From Felis catus (taxonomy: Eukaryota), in NCBI RefSeq assembly GCF_018350175.1, contig NC_058368.1:224876001-224940000 (forward strand): a DNA stretch of 64,000 bases, in the 5' to 3' direction. Each line of letters starts with the position of its first letter. The stretch's first letter is position 1. Position numbers and translations under genes: made by a program. The notes under the pieces are model-generated. The model ran no database searches and had not been told where the DNA came from. It saw only the letters and a program-made list of their open reading frames with translations. Shown here piece by piece: positions 1 to 12,830 of this stretch.

Positions 1-870
1 CAGTAATCTACCCAGGGTCCAGAAAGTAAGTTCTTTCATGCATCCTGCATACATGAAGGTTTAAATTAATGAAGCTTCAGGACAATTTCTGGGAGCCGTC
101 TCCAAGAGAAGAACTGATCTATAGTAAAGAACAGACACCAAAATATTTCTTTAGGTCATGAGGGCACAGGGCAATCTGAACAGCCCCAAGTATTATCGCA
201 ACTGTGGCTACCTGCTGTTTTAATTCTCAGTGCTGCTTTCCTAGGTGTAAATCATTCTCAGCAGGGCTTCTTCTGGAACATTGCCGCTTTTCTTCACTGC
301 TCCCAGTCTCCCAGCCTAAACCAACCCACTGGATGCCTTTCTCTTCCCAATATGACGATTTTTTTTCAAGGTCTCCATTCATGTCCTTGACGCTGAACTT
401 TGGTTGGATCCACCCAAATCCATTCCAAAAGTGATTTCAAACTCTAAGTCCTGGGGAGAGATGTTTGGAGACTATTGGTCCTTTCCTCCCAATCAATGAT
501 AAACACGTAGACAAATTGACTTGACTTGCCGTGGGCTTAGGGGCAGCCCAAACAGAAGCCGGTCAGAAGGCTGTAAATGGTCACAATATCTTTTTTCCTA
601 CCTATGACCTGCCGAACAAAGTCTCTGAGTAACAAAATCCCAGAAAGAGTACTCCAAATTACTTTCTAACTTTGTTCTCAAGTGGAGGGGGGGGGGAAAG
701 AAATTAGCAGGCAAAGAGAAAAAATGCTTTTGTGGTTCTCCATTCTATCTTACAAGTCCATCACCGACACCTTACAAGAGTCCCCAAGGAACACCAAAGA
801 TCCTTTGTCACACTTTGAAAATCATTAATTTGTTATAATTGGGCACAGTGGCTTTCACGGCCTCTTCTTC

Positions 871-1012
871 CTTTTTTTTTTTTCTTTTTCCATTTACATC
901 CAAATCAGCATATAGTGCAACGATGATTTCAGGAGTAGATTCCTTAATGCCCCTGACCCATTTAGCCCATCCCTCCTCCCACAACCCCTCCAGGAACCCT
1001 CTGTTGGTTCTC
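871..1012 (-). mobile_element. Short 3' end of a carnivore-type L1, 5'-truncated
   Basis: Poly-T followed by tttacatccaaat...agcatatagtgcaac...gacccatttagcccatccc, the reverse complement of a carnivore L1 3'UTR end. Confidence 0.75.
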
Positions 1013-3194
1013 CTCTAATGATATCATATGATTTACAGTTTCAGTGTAAAAACTCTGGAAAGGTTCAATTTCATTTAGCACCACTTAGGCCTTTCCAAGA
1101 AGCCTACGGCCGGGTCTGAGTTTTCAACTTAAATAGGACAAGGTTAATTGGAAGGTAATTCAGAGAACAATCTGATTTCATATTGTTGGCAAGTTGTCTT
1201 TCTTTTGATGGCCAATTTCGCTCATTCCCATCTCATTGACTCCATTATTCCCTAGCCCTAGATAACAGTGAATGCTTTCACCTTGTGGACGAGATATTTT
1301 ACTTCATTTGCTACTTTTCTTTAGGAGTTTTGCATCTTAAACTCATGCTTAAAATTTATTAAACATTTTCTCAATAATTATGCATCTTTCTAGTCTCTGC
1401 CTTTTCAAATTTCAGGATAACATTTCTTTCCTTTTTTTTTTTTAACATTTCTGCCACGATGTTTTATTTTTTCATGCTGGCTCTTAATGGATGTAAGAAG
1501 AAAAATTATCCAGTAATACTAAAGAGTGTGGAAGTTTTACTCTGTAGAGATTTCCCATTTAGAACCATCTCCTGCTAAATGCTTAATCTATCACTTAGAA
1601 ATAGAAAAAAAATAAACTTCACGGTTTGTTTCATGTATGCTGAGAAAGTGCATTCTTCTGTAAGTTTTTATGAGGTTCAAGAAAAACTTGGAGTGTTTAA
1701 ATTTGTTTTACTTTATTCTTAGAGAATTGAAAATTATCTTACCTTCCATAACCTGAAATCCCTAAAAGATTGTTTGTAAACTCAAACATTTTAAATCAAC
1801 TTGGTAAAATTAGCTTACGAAAGCATCATGGTTTCATTCAATGATTTTATGAGAGTTGGGTGTGTGTGTTGGGGGCTGTTTGTGTGTGTACTTACTAGCC
1901 CTACTTTTTCACCCTTTTTTCTAAATGTATGAAATTGAACTTATATGCATTCCCCTATACTTGAAATCTTATATTAATGAAAGATTAAAATATGATATTA
2001 TAGAAATTGCCTAACTTTATTTTTTACCAAATGAGGTCATGATTATATAGATGTCCTGGCTGATGGGTGAAAAATTGCACTTGATTAGCACAAAAATATG
2101 ATGCATACCTGTGTGAACCACATTCATAAGTCAAATATTTTGTTTAAAGATATGATAACATATATGTATTCAAAAAATATTTTGTAATCAAATTTATTTT
2201 ATCTATCTAATGTTACGGACACCAAACACTAAAAGGACATATGCTGCTCTGGAAAGAACTCTGATTTGTCTTATTCCTTATGCTAATCCATATGCGCTAA
2301 TTTATAGAAATTATTCCATGGCCAAAACTCTATTGTGCTGATTTAAATATCATATTTATATAAGATTAGAAATAGCTAACAAAGAGTATCTTTAAGAAGA
2401 ACACAACGATAAGACAATTACCCTAAACAAAAACTAGAGAAAAATGGGACATATTTCTCACTTGTAAAATGACAATATGAATTAATAATGCAGATTAGGT
2501 GAACGAGAGCTGAAGTTTGTTTTATGTGAAGGCATTATATGTAAAAATAGAAAATAATGGGTTATCATATAACTAGGTTTCTTTATTAGCACATAGTTTT
2601 ATTCTATATATATCCCTTAGCTCTATTTTTTTTTAACTCCCAGCTCTTACTGTCAAAATCAGATCTTTTTAAATTAAACATTAAAATACAAAGTGTCACC
2701 CAGATACCACACAATTCCCCATATGGCGCTGTCTTCACATTCCACACACTACTCTCGCAGACTTTTGCACATATTCTGTTGCTATGGCTAAAAAAAAAGA
2801 GTAAATTTAGCCTATGTGAAAGCAAAGGACCCCTATCATCACAGATACGTGCATCCCACGCAATTAAGAGGCTTCCTTCCTTTACTCATCTCAAGGCCAA
2901 ATTTGCAAAAGAAATCCTATATCGCCTTGAATTCGCAACCAGACAATCTTGATAGATAAATTACACGTAACATTCTCCTAATCGTATGGGAGTAAACTTT
3001 TCATTAAGGAACAGGAATTTTATACAATTAATCCTTTTTTACTGAGCATCTCTGAAATGCCATGTACTATGGTTGGCACAGCTATAAATAAATATTTACA
3101 ACTGTAAATGAAATAGACACAGCCCCTGCGCTCAGAAAACCTTTGTTCATATGTGTAGAATAAGGTATTAATTAAGTCAAAAAGTAAATAATTG

Positions 3195-3650
3195 CATTAG
3201 TTTGCTTGCTACATAAAAAGCAGACCCCCAAATTGGGTGGCTTAGGGCACAGAAATTTATTGTCTTGCAGTTTTAGAGGCTAGAAGTCTGAGATCCAGGT
3301 ATCAGCAGGATCGGTTCCCGCCTTTGGCTGTGAGGCATGTTTCATGTTCCTCTCTGAACTCTTCAGACTTTCTGAAAAGCTTATTGCTTGGCTTGTGGAC
3401 ACATGACCTTGATCTTTACCTTCACGTTCACATGATGATGTGCGTGTGTGTGTATGTGTGTGTGTGTGCATTCAAGTGTGTAAAAATTCTCCTTTTATAT
3501 AAGGGCACCAGTCATTTCGGTTTAGGGACTCATTCTACTCCCATGTGATCTCATCTTAACTATATCTGCAATGATGTATGTCCCGGGTACCTAGGGTCAC
3601 ATTCTGAGATACTGAGGGTTAGGACTTGAACATAAGAATTCAACCTGAAA
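3195..3650 (-). mobile_element. MaLR LTR (MLT1-type)
   Basis: Typical MLT1 motifs: cagaaatttattgtcttgcagttttagaggctagaagtctgagatc ... cttttatataagggcaccagtcat ... gggttaggacttgaacata. Confidence 0.8.
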
Positions 3651-4127
3651 TAAGTGATAAGTGTTTTTTAAAGGGAGGACCACTATTTTATAAGAGTCTA
3701 GCAAGTTGGTCTAGGGTGTGAGGGCTGGAGATGGGCGTAGAGATAGTTTGTCTAGAAAAGTGCAAAAGGAAGGAAATAGAAAAAAAGGAATCGAAGATGG
3801 ATTCAGAAATGGGGAAAAAAAGGTCATCGGAGACACTCCCTAGTTTCCAGGTGATTTTGTTCAATCGCACCCAACACCAAAGTAGATAACTCCTTGAAAC
3901 ATTGAATGGGCTATGCTATTCAGCAACCAAAAGGTGAGTGGTGACCTTTTCGACTGGAATTGGAATGCATACCTACGAATGTTTATGGTGTGGACAACAC
4001 TTACAAATAGGAGAACGAATGAAACTCACATGTAGGAAACATGTATTGGAATTTCACTCATTTATCAGAGACCTGAGTGACTTCCCTGATGACTGGAGAA
4101 TAGACTTTGAAGAATATTTTCTCTAAA

Positions 4128-4325
4128 TTTTTTTAAGATTTTTTTTTAGTGTTTATTTTCAAGACACAGAGAAACAGGGCATGAGTGTGGGAGCAGGGGG
4201 CAGAGAGAGAGGGAGACGCAGAATCCGAAGCAGGCTCCAGGCTCTGAACTGTCAGCCCAGAGCCCCACGTGGTGCTCGAACTCAGGAACTGTGAGATCAG
4301 GACCGGAGCCGAAGTCAGATGCTTC
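4128..4325 (-). mobile_element. Can-SINE (SINEC), missing the extreme 5' end
   Basis: Poly-T, (GA)n and the gcaggctccaggctctgaactgtcagc...gaagtcagatgctt body. Confidence 0.9.
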
Positions 4326-4499
4326 ATAATGTAAATACTTCCATTGTGTTGGATTTCAAGCTGCCAACCTGATATCACCCAATGCAAAGTTGAGAAAAGA
4401 TCAACAGAATTGGCAGATTAGTAGTAGATATGTAGTAGTTCCACTACATAAATACAACTACCTCAAGAACATAGGTAATAGCAAAATAATTAGTCACAA

Positions 4500-4640
4500 A
4501 TGGTGAATATTTACCAGGTTTCGTTTTAAATTATATAAGCCTAATGGTTTACCATTTAATTTTCAGTAATCGCCATGTTTAGCAACCGGCTCAAAAATTG
4601 CTGAAAACGTAACAAGAGAGCCAGCCCCAGCGTACCATTG
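4500..4640. mobile_element. hAT DNA transposon fragment (MER63-like)
   Basis: caaccggctcaaaaattgctgaaaacgtaaca...gccagccccagcgtaccattg resembles a MER63 terminus. Confidence 0.5.
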
Positions 4641-4979
4641 GAAAGAGCTCACCCTGCTAGAAGAGCATTAAGTCATCTAAATTTGGTTCAAGAATAAGAA
4701 TGAAAAAGAACATTCTGGCAAAAGATAATGTCTACTGTTCCAATTAGCGCCAGGACCCAAAATCTGGACAGTGGAGCCTGAAGGAGCTACAATATAAGAA
4801 TAAAAACTGAGAATTGTTGCTTTAAAATAAGGACGGCATTTGATTGTTGGGAGTTTGATCTGAAAACGGGGGCAGGAGAGAGAAATGTGGAAAGTTTTCA
4901 GTATTTCTCCTAGAAAAATGCCCAGATAGTATGGGTGGAAAGAGGTAACAGAACTATCTGTAAAACCCAAAGAAAAGCT

Positions 4980-5150
4980 GGGGCACCTGGGTGGCTCAGT
5001 CGGTGGGGCATCTGACTTTAGCTCAGGTCATGATCTCACGGGTCGGGGGTTAAAGCCCCGTGTCAGGCTTATGCTGACAGCCCGGAGCCCGGAGCCTGCT
5101 TCACATTCTGCGTCTCCCCCTTTCTCTGCCCCTCCCCGGCTTGTGCTCTG

Positions 5151-5189
<39 letters not shown>

Positions 5190-5240
5190 AATCTCTCTCA
5201 AAAATAAAATGAACGTTTTAAAAAAAATTAAAAAGAAAAC
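4980..5240 (+). mobile_element. Can-SINE (SINEC)
   Basis: ggggcacctgggtggctcagtcgg tRNA-derived head, (CT)n, A-rich tail. Confidence 0.95.
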
Positions 5241-5399
5241 CCTAAGAAACGCAATGAGATGGCCATCACTCAAAAACTAATAGTTCATCAGATCTTTTAA
5301 GAAAACCTGATCCCAGGTGGCACCTGAACCAGCCACCCTAAATAAACAAACAAACAAATAAATAAATAAATAAATAATAAATAAATAAATAAATGCACT

Positions 5400-6600
5400 A
5401 CTCTTGTTAATCTTACCAGTGACCTTGAAATTGCCAACTATGTGTGACAATTTTAATCTTTAACTGACTTGACCTTTCCTCAGTATTTGACATCAATGTC
5501 TGTCCTCTTCTTGCCGCATTTCACTCTCTGTTTTCAACGGTATCATTTTGTTGTTTGTTCGTTTGTGTTTGCTCAACTTCTACCTTCTCAGCACTCTCCT
5601 TACGCTCCTTCACTGATGTATTTTAAGGCCAATGTTCCCTAAGGATCCACCGTTAGCTTTCTTCCCTTCTCATTTCACGTGGTCCAGTGGTTTTCAACTG
5701 GGGAAATTTATTTTACTCCCAAGGCAATATCTAGAGATACTTTTGTGGTCACAACCAGGGTGTGCTAGTGATTTCTAGTCGGGAGATACCAGGGATGTTG
5801 TTAACCATCCTACAATGCATCGGACAAACCCCCCCCCCCAACTGAGAAGAATCCGCCCTAACGTGTCCCCTTCTGCCTCTACACTGCTAAGTTTCAAATC
5901 TGTGTCCCTGGGCCAGGATGAAGCCTGAAATCGGCCTCTGTCTTTACTCAGGCATGGGTTCCATTTCGAGTCCTACAGGCATCTCACGTGAAAAGCTACA
6001 GGGAAAATTCATCTAAAATGAAACTCATCATCTCGTTCCCAAATCTGCTTTTTCCCATGCAGTCTCTAATTTTGCCAGGGACAGCAAAAACAAAAACAAA
6101 TTTATCCTAATAAACTCTATATCTTTGACGCGTATCTGATCAGCCTCTAAGTCTTGTAGCTTCTCTTTCCCGGGCCCCTCTCAAAGGCACTCCCATTACC
6201 CAGGTGCTAAATTCTATCATATCATAAGATCCTCTTAACTGAATCTCCTTTTTCCAGCCTTAGCTCCATTTAAGCCAGACTCCTGCACTGCATTCATAGG
6301 CGTCTTTCTAAAATGAAAATCTGAGTATGTTCTTCTCTTCTGAGCTGCCGTAATGGTTTTTCCAACCTTCCAACCTTAAAATGGATTCAAACACCCCATG
6401 ACCACCAACCTCATTTTGAACTTTAACTCCACGCTAAATTCCCGCGTTCCTGAAAAGCACGGCATTTTGGGAACAACATTCCCTCTGTGTTTTCATGTAT
6501 TTGCCCAAGATTTCATTTTACCCATTCCTCCTCCGCTACATCCCCCCTGCACGGCTGCATTCTTTCATCCACCACGACACTACTGAAATACCACCTGGTT
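5400..6600. mobile_element. Degraded L2 LINE, interrupted by MER20
   Basis: C/T-rich L2-like motifs such as caggcatctcacgtgaaa...atctaaaatgaaactcatcatc and tctttctaaaatgaaaatctga. Confidence 0.55.
5685..5868. mobile_element. MER20 (hAT-Charlie) element
   Basis: cagtggttttcaactgggg...ggcaatatctagagatac...agggatgttgttaaccatcctacaatgca. Confidence 0.8.
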
Positions 6601-6748
6601 TCTAATAGAATGACAATATTTTTTAAATAATAATATCCAGTATGGTAAAAGTAGGAGCAAAAAAAAGCATTCTTATCTATAATCGGTAGATGTATAAATT
6701 CTAACAAGCATTTAAAGAACAATTTGGCATTTAATTGTTAATATCCTT

Positions 6749-6947
6749 GGGGCGCCTGGGTGGCTCAGTTGGTTAAGAATCCGGCTTCGGCTGAGGTCAT
6801 GATCTCGCGGTTCGTGAGTTTGAGCCCCACCTCTGTGCTAACAGGACAACGTAGAGCCTACTTCAGATTCTGTTTCCCTCCCTCTGTTTATGCCTCTCAC
6901 CTGTTCATGCTTGCTCTCTCTAGCTCTCAAAAATAAATAAACATTTA

Positions 6948-6985
<38 letters not shown>
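6749..6985 (+). mobile_element. Can-SINE with (TAAA)n tail and TSD
   Basis: SINE head and body; tgttaatatcctt is duplicated on both sides. Confidence 0.95.
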
Positions 6986-6986
<1 letters not shown>

Positions 6987-7304
6987 AATGTTAATATCCT
7001 TACTTGTAGACATTTAAAACATTCATTGTATACGTAAGGTTTGTATAAATGTGCAAGGATATGTTTGAAAAAGATATCCTTTGCGGCCTGATTTGTTAAA
7101 GCAACATAATGGGGATGACTCGACAGAATGACTTTAAACTATGTAAGTTAACATTTTGGGATAACAAGTAATTTTCAAAGTAAGGTTAGATTTGTGTGTG
7201 TTGATTTGAAAGTACGCCCTATACTATTGGAGGTAAGAGGACCTGTATGTTTGTATGATCTTAATACCAATAAAAGAAAAAAGTCTCTTTCACTTTTTAA
7301 AAAA

Positions 7305-7570
7305 TAACCTTTTTATTTTGGAATAATTTTATATTTATTATATTTACAGAAGTTACAAAGGTAATACAAAGTGTTGCTGGTTACCCCTCCACGCAATTTT
7401 CCCCATGATTAATGTCTTACATTTTTACAATATATTTCTCAGAACCAAAATACCAACATTGATATATTGCTATTAACTAAAGTTCAAACTTCAGAGAGAT
7501 TTAATTTGCTTTTCCATTAATATTCTTTTTCTGCTCCAAGATCCAATCCAATAAACCACATTACATTTAC
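7305..7570 (-). mobile_element. Old L1M 3' fragment (L1MC-like)
   Basis: ttttattttggaataattttatatt...cagaagttacaaaggtaataca...ccaagatccaatcc...accacattacattta. Confidence 0.6.
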
Positions 7571-8329
7571 TTCTTTCATTTTTGACTTTATAGGCTTCTG
7601 TAAGGTTTGTATTTTTTTTCAAAGCGCATATGCAACATCCAGGGTATTCATAAAGATTTGAGGGCTACCCCATCCAAAATTCTCCCCTGTCTGAGTTGAA
7701 TGGCCTGCTCCAGTCCCCAAGGAATCTTGAACATCCCTCCAAGATCATACACATTAAATCCTGTCATACTCATTAATTTTCTTTTCTGTCTCCAAAACTG
7801 GTTCTAATTAGGTAACTCTGAAATAAGTGAGTTCTTAGAATTATTAGCCTATTTTGTTTCTTCATATCATGATACCCCTGGAGCCATTTGCAAGCACATT
7901 AATATAAAAACACAATAAACTAAATAGATAATAAATATTGAACATTGCGGTAACAGAACCAAGGGATAAAACTATATAAAATATTTATGCATACATCTTT
8001 ATACATGGTAATGAAATCACTGAATGCTGAGAGGAAAGGTACAAACCTCACCAGCAGAGGCTCAGACCCAACTAACAAAATTTCCCTTTAAGATTAATTA
8101 GGTCATTAAACGATTTCATGACCACATTCCAATGTCATAGAAGATATCAGTGAAACCTGGTTATTGGATATGCTAGCTAGAGATAACCCAGCAGAGCAAA
8201 CAACGCTTATCACTTTTCAGTGAATGACAAACATTAATGCCAATCATTGAGAGGTCTTAGTTGAGAATTCTAAAATATTCTTTCAAAAAGACAGTTCTCT
8301 AGGAACCATTTTATTGATTAGGGATTTTG

Positions 8330-8480
8330 GAAAAATCTTTCCAGAACAGTACACATCTGACCAGTGGACTTTACTGCGCTCGTCTATAACTGACGAAAGG
8401 AAGGCTCACAGAGGAAGAAACTTGATCGGGGTCATAGATACAGCCAGTCAGTGGTGGAACAGCACTTAACTGAAACTGAC
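8330..8480. mobile_element. MIR-like fragment
   Basis: gaaaggaaggctcacagaggaagaaacttgatcggggtcatagatacagccagtcagtggtggaac resembles the MIR core. Confidence 0.5.
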
Positions 8481-8744
8481 TAATGTCATTCCCCACTTCT
8501 GACTAAGGAGAAAACCCAGACTCAGTTTACCATCACTACCCGCAAAATCATATTATTATAGGGGAAGCTTCTAAATCAAAAGGCTTATTTCACATAGGTA
8601 AGGGTTTTGTTTGTGCTTAGCACAAGTGGGAACAGCTAAATGTTCAAGATTTTGTTTTATTTTATTTTATTTTATTTTATTTTATTTTATTTTATTTAAG
8701 TTGTAGAATAGTGTTGAAAGACAGAAGTCTGCCCGTTTCTAAAT

Positions 8745-9360
8745 TGTGGTGACATCTACTTGGTTACGTGCTTCTGGGTGATGGATTTGAAGTGTGTCCG
8801 CTGAACTAAGCTGGAACTGTTTTCCAGGATTCCCTTCCCTGCACAATTCTTGGGGTGGGGTGGGGGGGGGGGTGAACCCAAAGCTGTATTTTGCGTGAGA
8901 TTTGAAAGGCAGAAGTGAAGCCCCGGCCGTGTTCCTGCGGGAGGCTGAGCCCCTCCTGGCTCACCCCTGGCACCAGGAGCCCCACAGCCCCTTCCGCTCC
9001 TGCCAGACCTACTGGGTCAGCTCCTCAGCTGCTCAGCCCGGTTGCCCTGCGGCCAGCACGCCTTTCCTCTGCAGGGACGCTTGGAACCAGTGAAAGATCA
9101 ATGCAGGTTCCAGTCTGTTCTCCGCGTCCCAACTCGGCTGGTTCCGGTTACACTTTGTTCACGAGTTTCCTAATTACACCCATTTTTCCTTCCAGACTAT
9201 ACTGCCTGTGAACTTGGGTCACCAGCGTCAGATAAACATCAAGGTCACAAAGACTGCTTAGCCCCCACACTTGTGCACGGGCAAATACGCCTAATAATTT
9301 CCTTATTGTGACATAACCTGTGGGTCCTCTCTTTTTGATCAAATCCTAATGATCCATACA
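8745..9360 (+). mobile_element. ERVL-class solo LTR (LTR33/LTR41-like)
   Basis: Starts tgtggtg; contains ttccaggattcccttccctg; ends ...tgatcaaatcctaatgatccataca; GC-richer than flanks. Confidence 0.55.
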
Positions 9361-12300
9361 AACTCGAGGAGTTTACAAATAGGAAGGAGAAACATAGATT
9401 TATAAAAACCTTCTATCTGCCAGTTTGGAGGCTGCCTGGTTCTTGGATTGCTGAATGAAAAGTCTGTTAGATCAGCCAAGCAAACAAAACAAACAGATAT
9501 TCCTAATTGGAAGGAAAACTTCACCAAAATTTGTCCATAGTAACAGCAAAAGAGCCAGGGATGATATATTGGTTTCAAAGATACTAAAACAACTAAAAAC
9601 AATCTTCAACCAACCAAAGAGCAAAGCGTATTTAAACACCTACAAAAATAAAGAATGCCAATGCTAGTATTCAGTGGTCAATTTAATTTTTAAGTGTCTT
9701 ACACTGGATTTTCCTTTTATCTAATTCAAGATATGAATATAAATATAACTTTTAAATGACGCTTCCTTAATTATAACACAATCTCAATTTCAGAGAGCAC
9801 CATTAAGATTCTTTTAAATGCAGCTGAAGAAGAAACTATATCAAGCTATTCCTTGTCTGTGTAGATAGCAGGAGAACTAGCCAAGCCGTGTGCCCATTTC
9901 TCATATTTCTACCTATTTCTCAGAATGACAGACCAGAGAAGATCTCTTCGGGTTGGGTGACCTGCTTACAGGGGAGCTGAGTCTGTCAATATGTTCTATA
10001 AATGTTTCTACTGTGAACAAAAATTGCCATTGAAAACCAATTGCCCAGTGATGCCGGTTTCTAAACTTGGAACACATAACAAGTCCACTGGCTATGAAGC
10101 AGACGGCTTTCAAGCATATTAATTCAACTGATGGAGTGTCGCTATTTGGAGGCTTTCTTTGATATGTGAAATAGAGAATGATGTGACTTTTTAGTCACAT
10201 GTTGACACATAAAATGTACAAGCTAAGTAGCTGCTTTCTTTGATGTGTCAAAATGATAAGTTATCTTTAAGACTGTAACTGTTTCCTTCTAAGCATATCA
10301 AACAGGGTGGATGGAATAGAGGTCAGTATGAAGGGAATCAATTATTGAGGGCCAATTAAGCCAAACTTAAAAGGAGAAACAAAATAAATATATCACTTGA
10401 CTTTGTAGGAAAATATATCAAATGTACTGCTGGTGACTATACAAAGATAAGTTATTGATATAGCTTATATTTGCCTCTGCATTTAAAAAGAGGATTGATA
10501 ATAATAAATATGGGCAAGGTGTTTACTGAACAAAAACCCACGTCCCTTTCTGTTAGGAATTATCCGTGTTTGGCATTCTATTTGCTTAGTGGCTAGAGCT
10601 GTGCATTTGGGAGTTGACTCCAACTTAAGAAAGCCTTCTGAACTTTACACACTCACCTTTTTTTTTTTTTAGTCGTCTTGCTCTTTAAACTAAATTTTCT
10701 TGACCATTTAAAAGCCAAGAAATAGAAAAATGAATGAACTGAGTGTTTAACTACAAAGAGGAAGACTAAAGAGATTGCGGCATAAGCCCCCCAAATTTCC
10801 TTCTCCCTGGCAAAATGAAATGCCAGATGCTTTGCTTATCCCATCACAAGTGTGTCGGGCATTGTGAAGGGCCTGAGACCTTTCTCTTCTTGCACGATTA
10901 CAAGTTAGTCTGCCACAGATACATAGACCTGATGGGAGACATGAGACGCCTGGTACCGAAACAAGGGAGTTGATTGCTCACAGTGCGGCAGAAAGCATGA
11001 GCCGCTAGTGGTCTTGCTAGTGCTTCTTGTTCTCCAAATCCCAGGGGGTGACACAGAAAAGCCTAAGTAGATGCTGTGTATGCAGTGTGTTTGCATCACA
11101 GCAGAGGGGCCTTGTGCTAAGGAAACTCCAATCTTTGATAAAACAGGCTACGAGCAAAACTTATCTGTTTCACCAGAGGTGAAATTATCGCTATCATCCA
11201 AGACTGTTTGCTCTACAAATATATTTGGAAATACAGTTCAGAAGAAAGATTGTCAGTGCTTCAGTTCACATGCTGTACAGAATGATGAAAAACCCATGGG
11301 GAATTATCTTCCCCAAAACGATTATACTATACTTAGTTCAACATCTTCATAATAATGAGGAATAGGCATCTGCCTAAGGTTAACCTCAGAACCTGAAATG
11401 ATAAAGATAAGAAGTATTCTGTCTAGCAGGATTGAATGAAATCAAAGCTAATTTATTGAGTTTCCAATTACACATGACATTGTATCAGGACTATGTCAAG
11501 CAAATTACCTGTTTAAAAAAAAATGTTTTGTTTCTTAACTGCCTTACATCTGTCAAGAGTAAAGTTCTAAGAATGTGTTGATTCACATTGCTATGAGACC
11601 AAAATTCTGCCTTAAAAACCAAGGCCACTAGGCAGATTTAAAGTTGGAACAGAGAAGTAAGATACGTAGATGATACGTAGATAGATGGATGGATAGATAT
11701 ATAGATAAAAAATTTGGTTTTGCTTTTGTTTGAACAACTTGACTTTCCAGGGAGATATCTGTGGATTATAGGAGTCCATCCCTGACTGTGGTTTTCATAT
11801 TGGTTGTTATTTTTTTTAAATACTAGGTTTTTGGCCTCTTTATGTCATCTAATTTATCTGTAGATAAAATAGTGGTTAAAAGTCCAATAACTGTGGACAT
11901 TTTATAGATTATAGAGGTAATACATTTTAAAATCTCATAAATATAGATGAAAATATGGAATCCAATATCCACACTGCTTTGGCTTAAGTAGCAGCAGCCG
12001 AGCTGAGAGCCACAGAGCCTCTGAGGCTGCCAGAATTCAAGGTTGCAGAGGGGGAAGCCTTCCACCTAAGGGTGGCACATTTAGGTCAAAATGAATGAGA
12101 ATATGGTAAGAAGAAAGAGTCACAATCCCTGTATATTAAGAGCTGAACAAGAAAGAGGGTGGAATTTTTCTCTCCACGCAATGCCAAGTCATTTGTCCTG
12201 GATCTCCCCGCTAAGCAAAGTGAAGAGCCCATCAACAAATGGATTCAGAGGCATCTCATTCGATTTTACTTCTGACGGCATGTCCTTATTTGGCAATTCT

Positions 12301-12586
12301 GCCAGGTTTTTAGCCCCTCAAGTTAACATCTAAAATCTCTCTGTAAATAGGACAATTACTCAGAATTTGGCTGTCATATACAGTTCCCTCTGTATTTGAT
12401 CATTTCACTGTTGACTCTCCAAAAGTCTATGTGTGAATAAAGAAAGCAACTATACCTTGTATCTACTAAGCTGCAAAGAAAGGAAGACTATGAAATTTTG
12501 TCTTGTAACTGATTCAAGCTGAGTAAAAGCTTACATTTTAAAGTGACATACATGTTTAGAGTTGAAATATTCTTTATTTATAAGAT

Positions 12587-12608
12587 TTATTTATTTTTAT
12601 TTATTTTT

Positions 12609-12657
<49 letters not shown>

Positions 12658-12830
12658 CGAGCACTAGTGGAGGGAGGGTCAAAGAGAGAGGGAGACACAG
12701 AATCCAAAAGCAGGTTCCAGGCTCTGAGCTGTCAGCACAGAGCCCGAGGCGAGGCTCGAACTCGTGGGCCACGAGATCATGACCTAAGCCGAAGTCAGAC
12801 ACTTATCCGACTGAGCCACACAGGTGCCCC
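12587..12830 (-). mobile_element. Can-SINE with TSD
   Basis: Reverse SINE body with long (GA)n; tatttataaga on both flanks. Confidence 0.95.

Noticed and set aside
4980..5060. tRNA-like A/B box sequences here and in other SINE heads
   Set aside because: They are the tRNA-derived heads of Can-SINEs, not tRNA genes.
8852..8873. G-run with G-quadruplex potential
   Set aside because: Simple G-tract expansion inside an old LTR with no supporting context.
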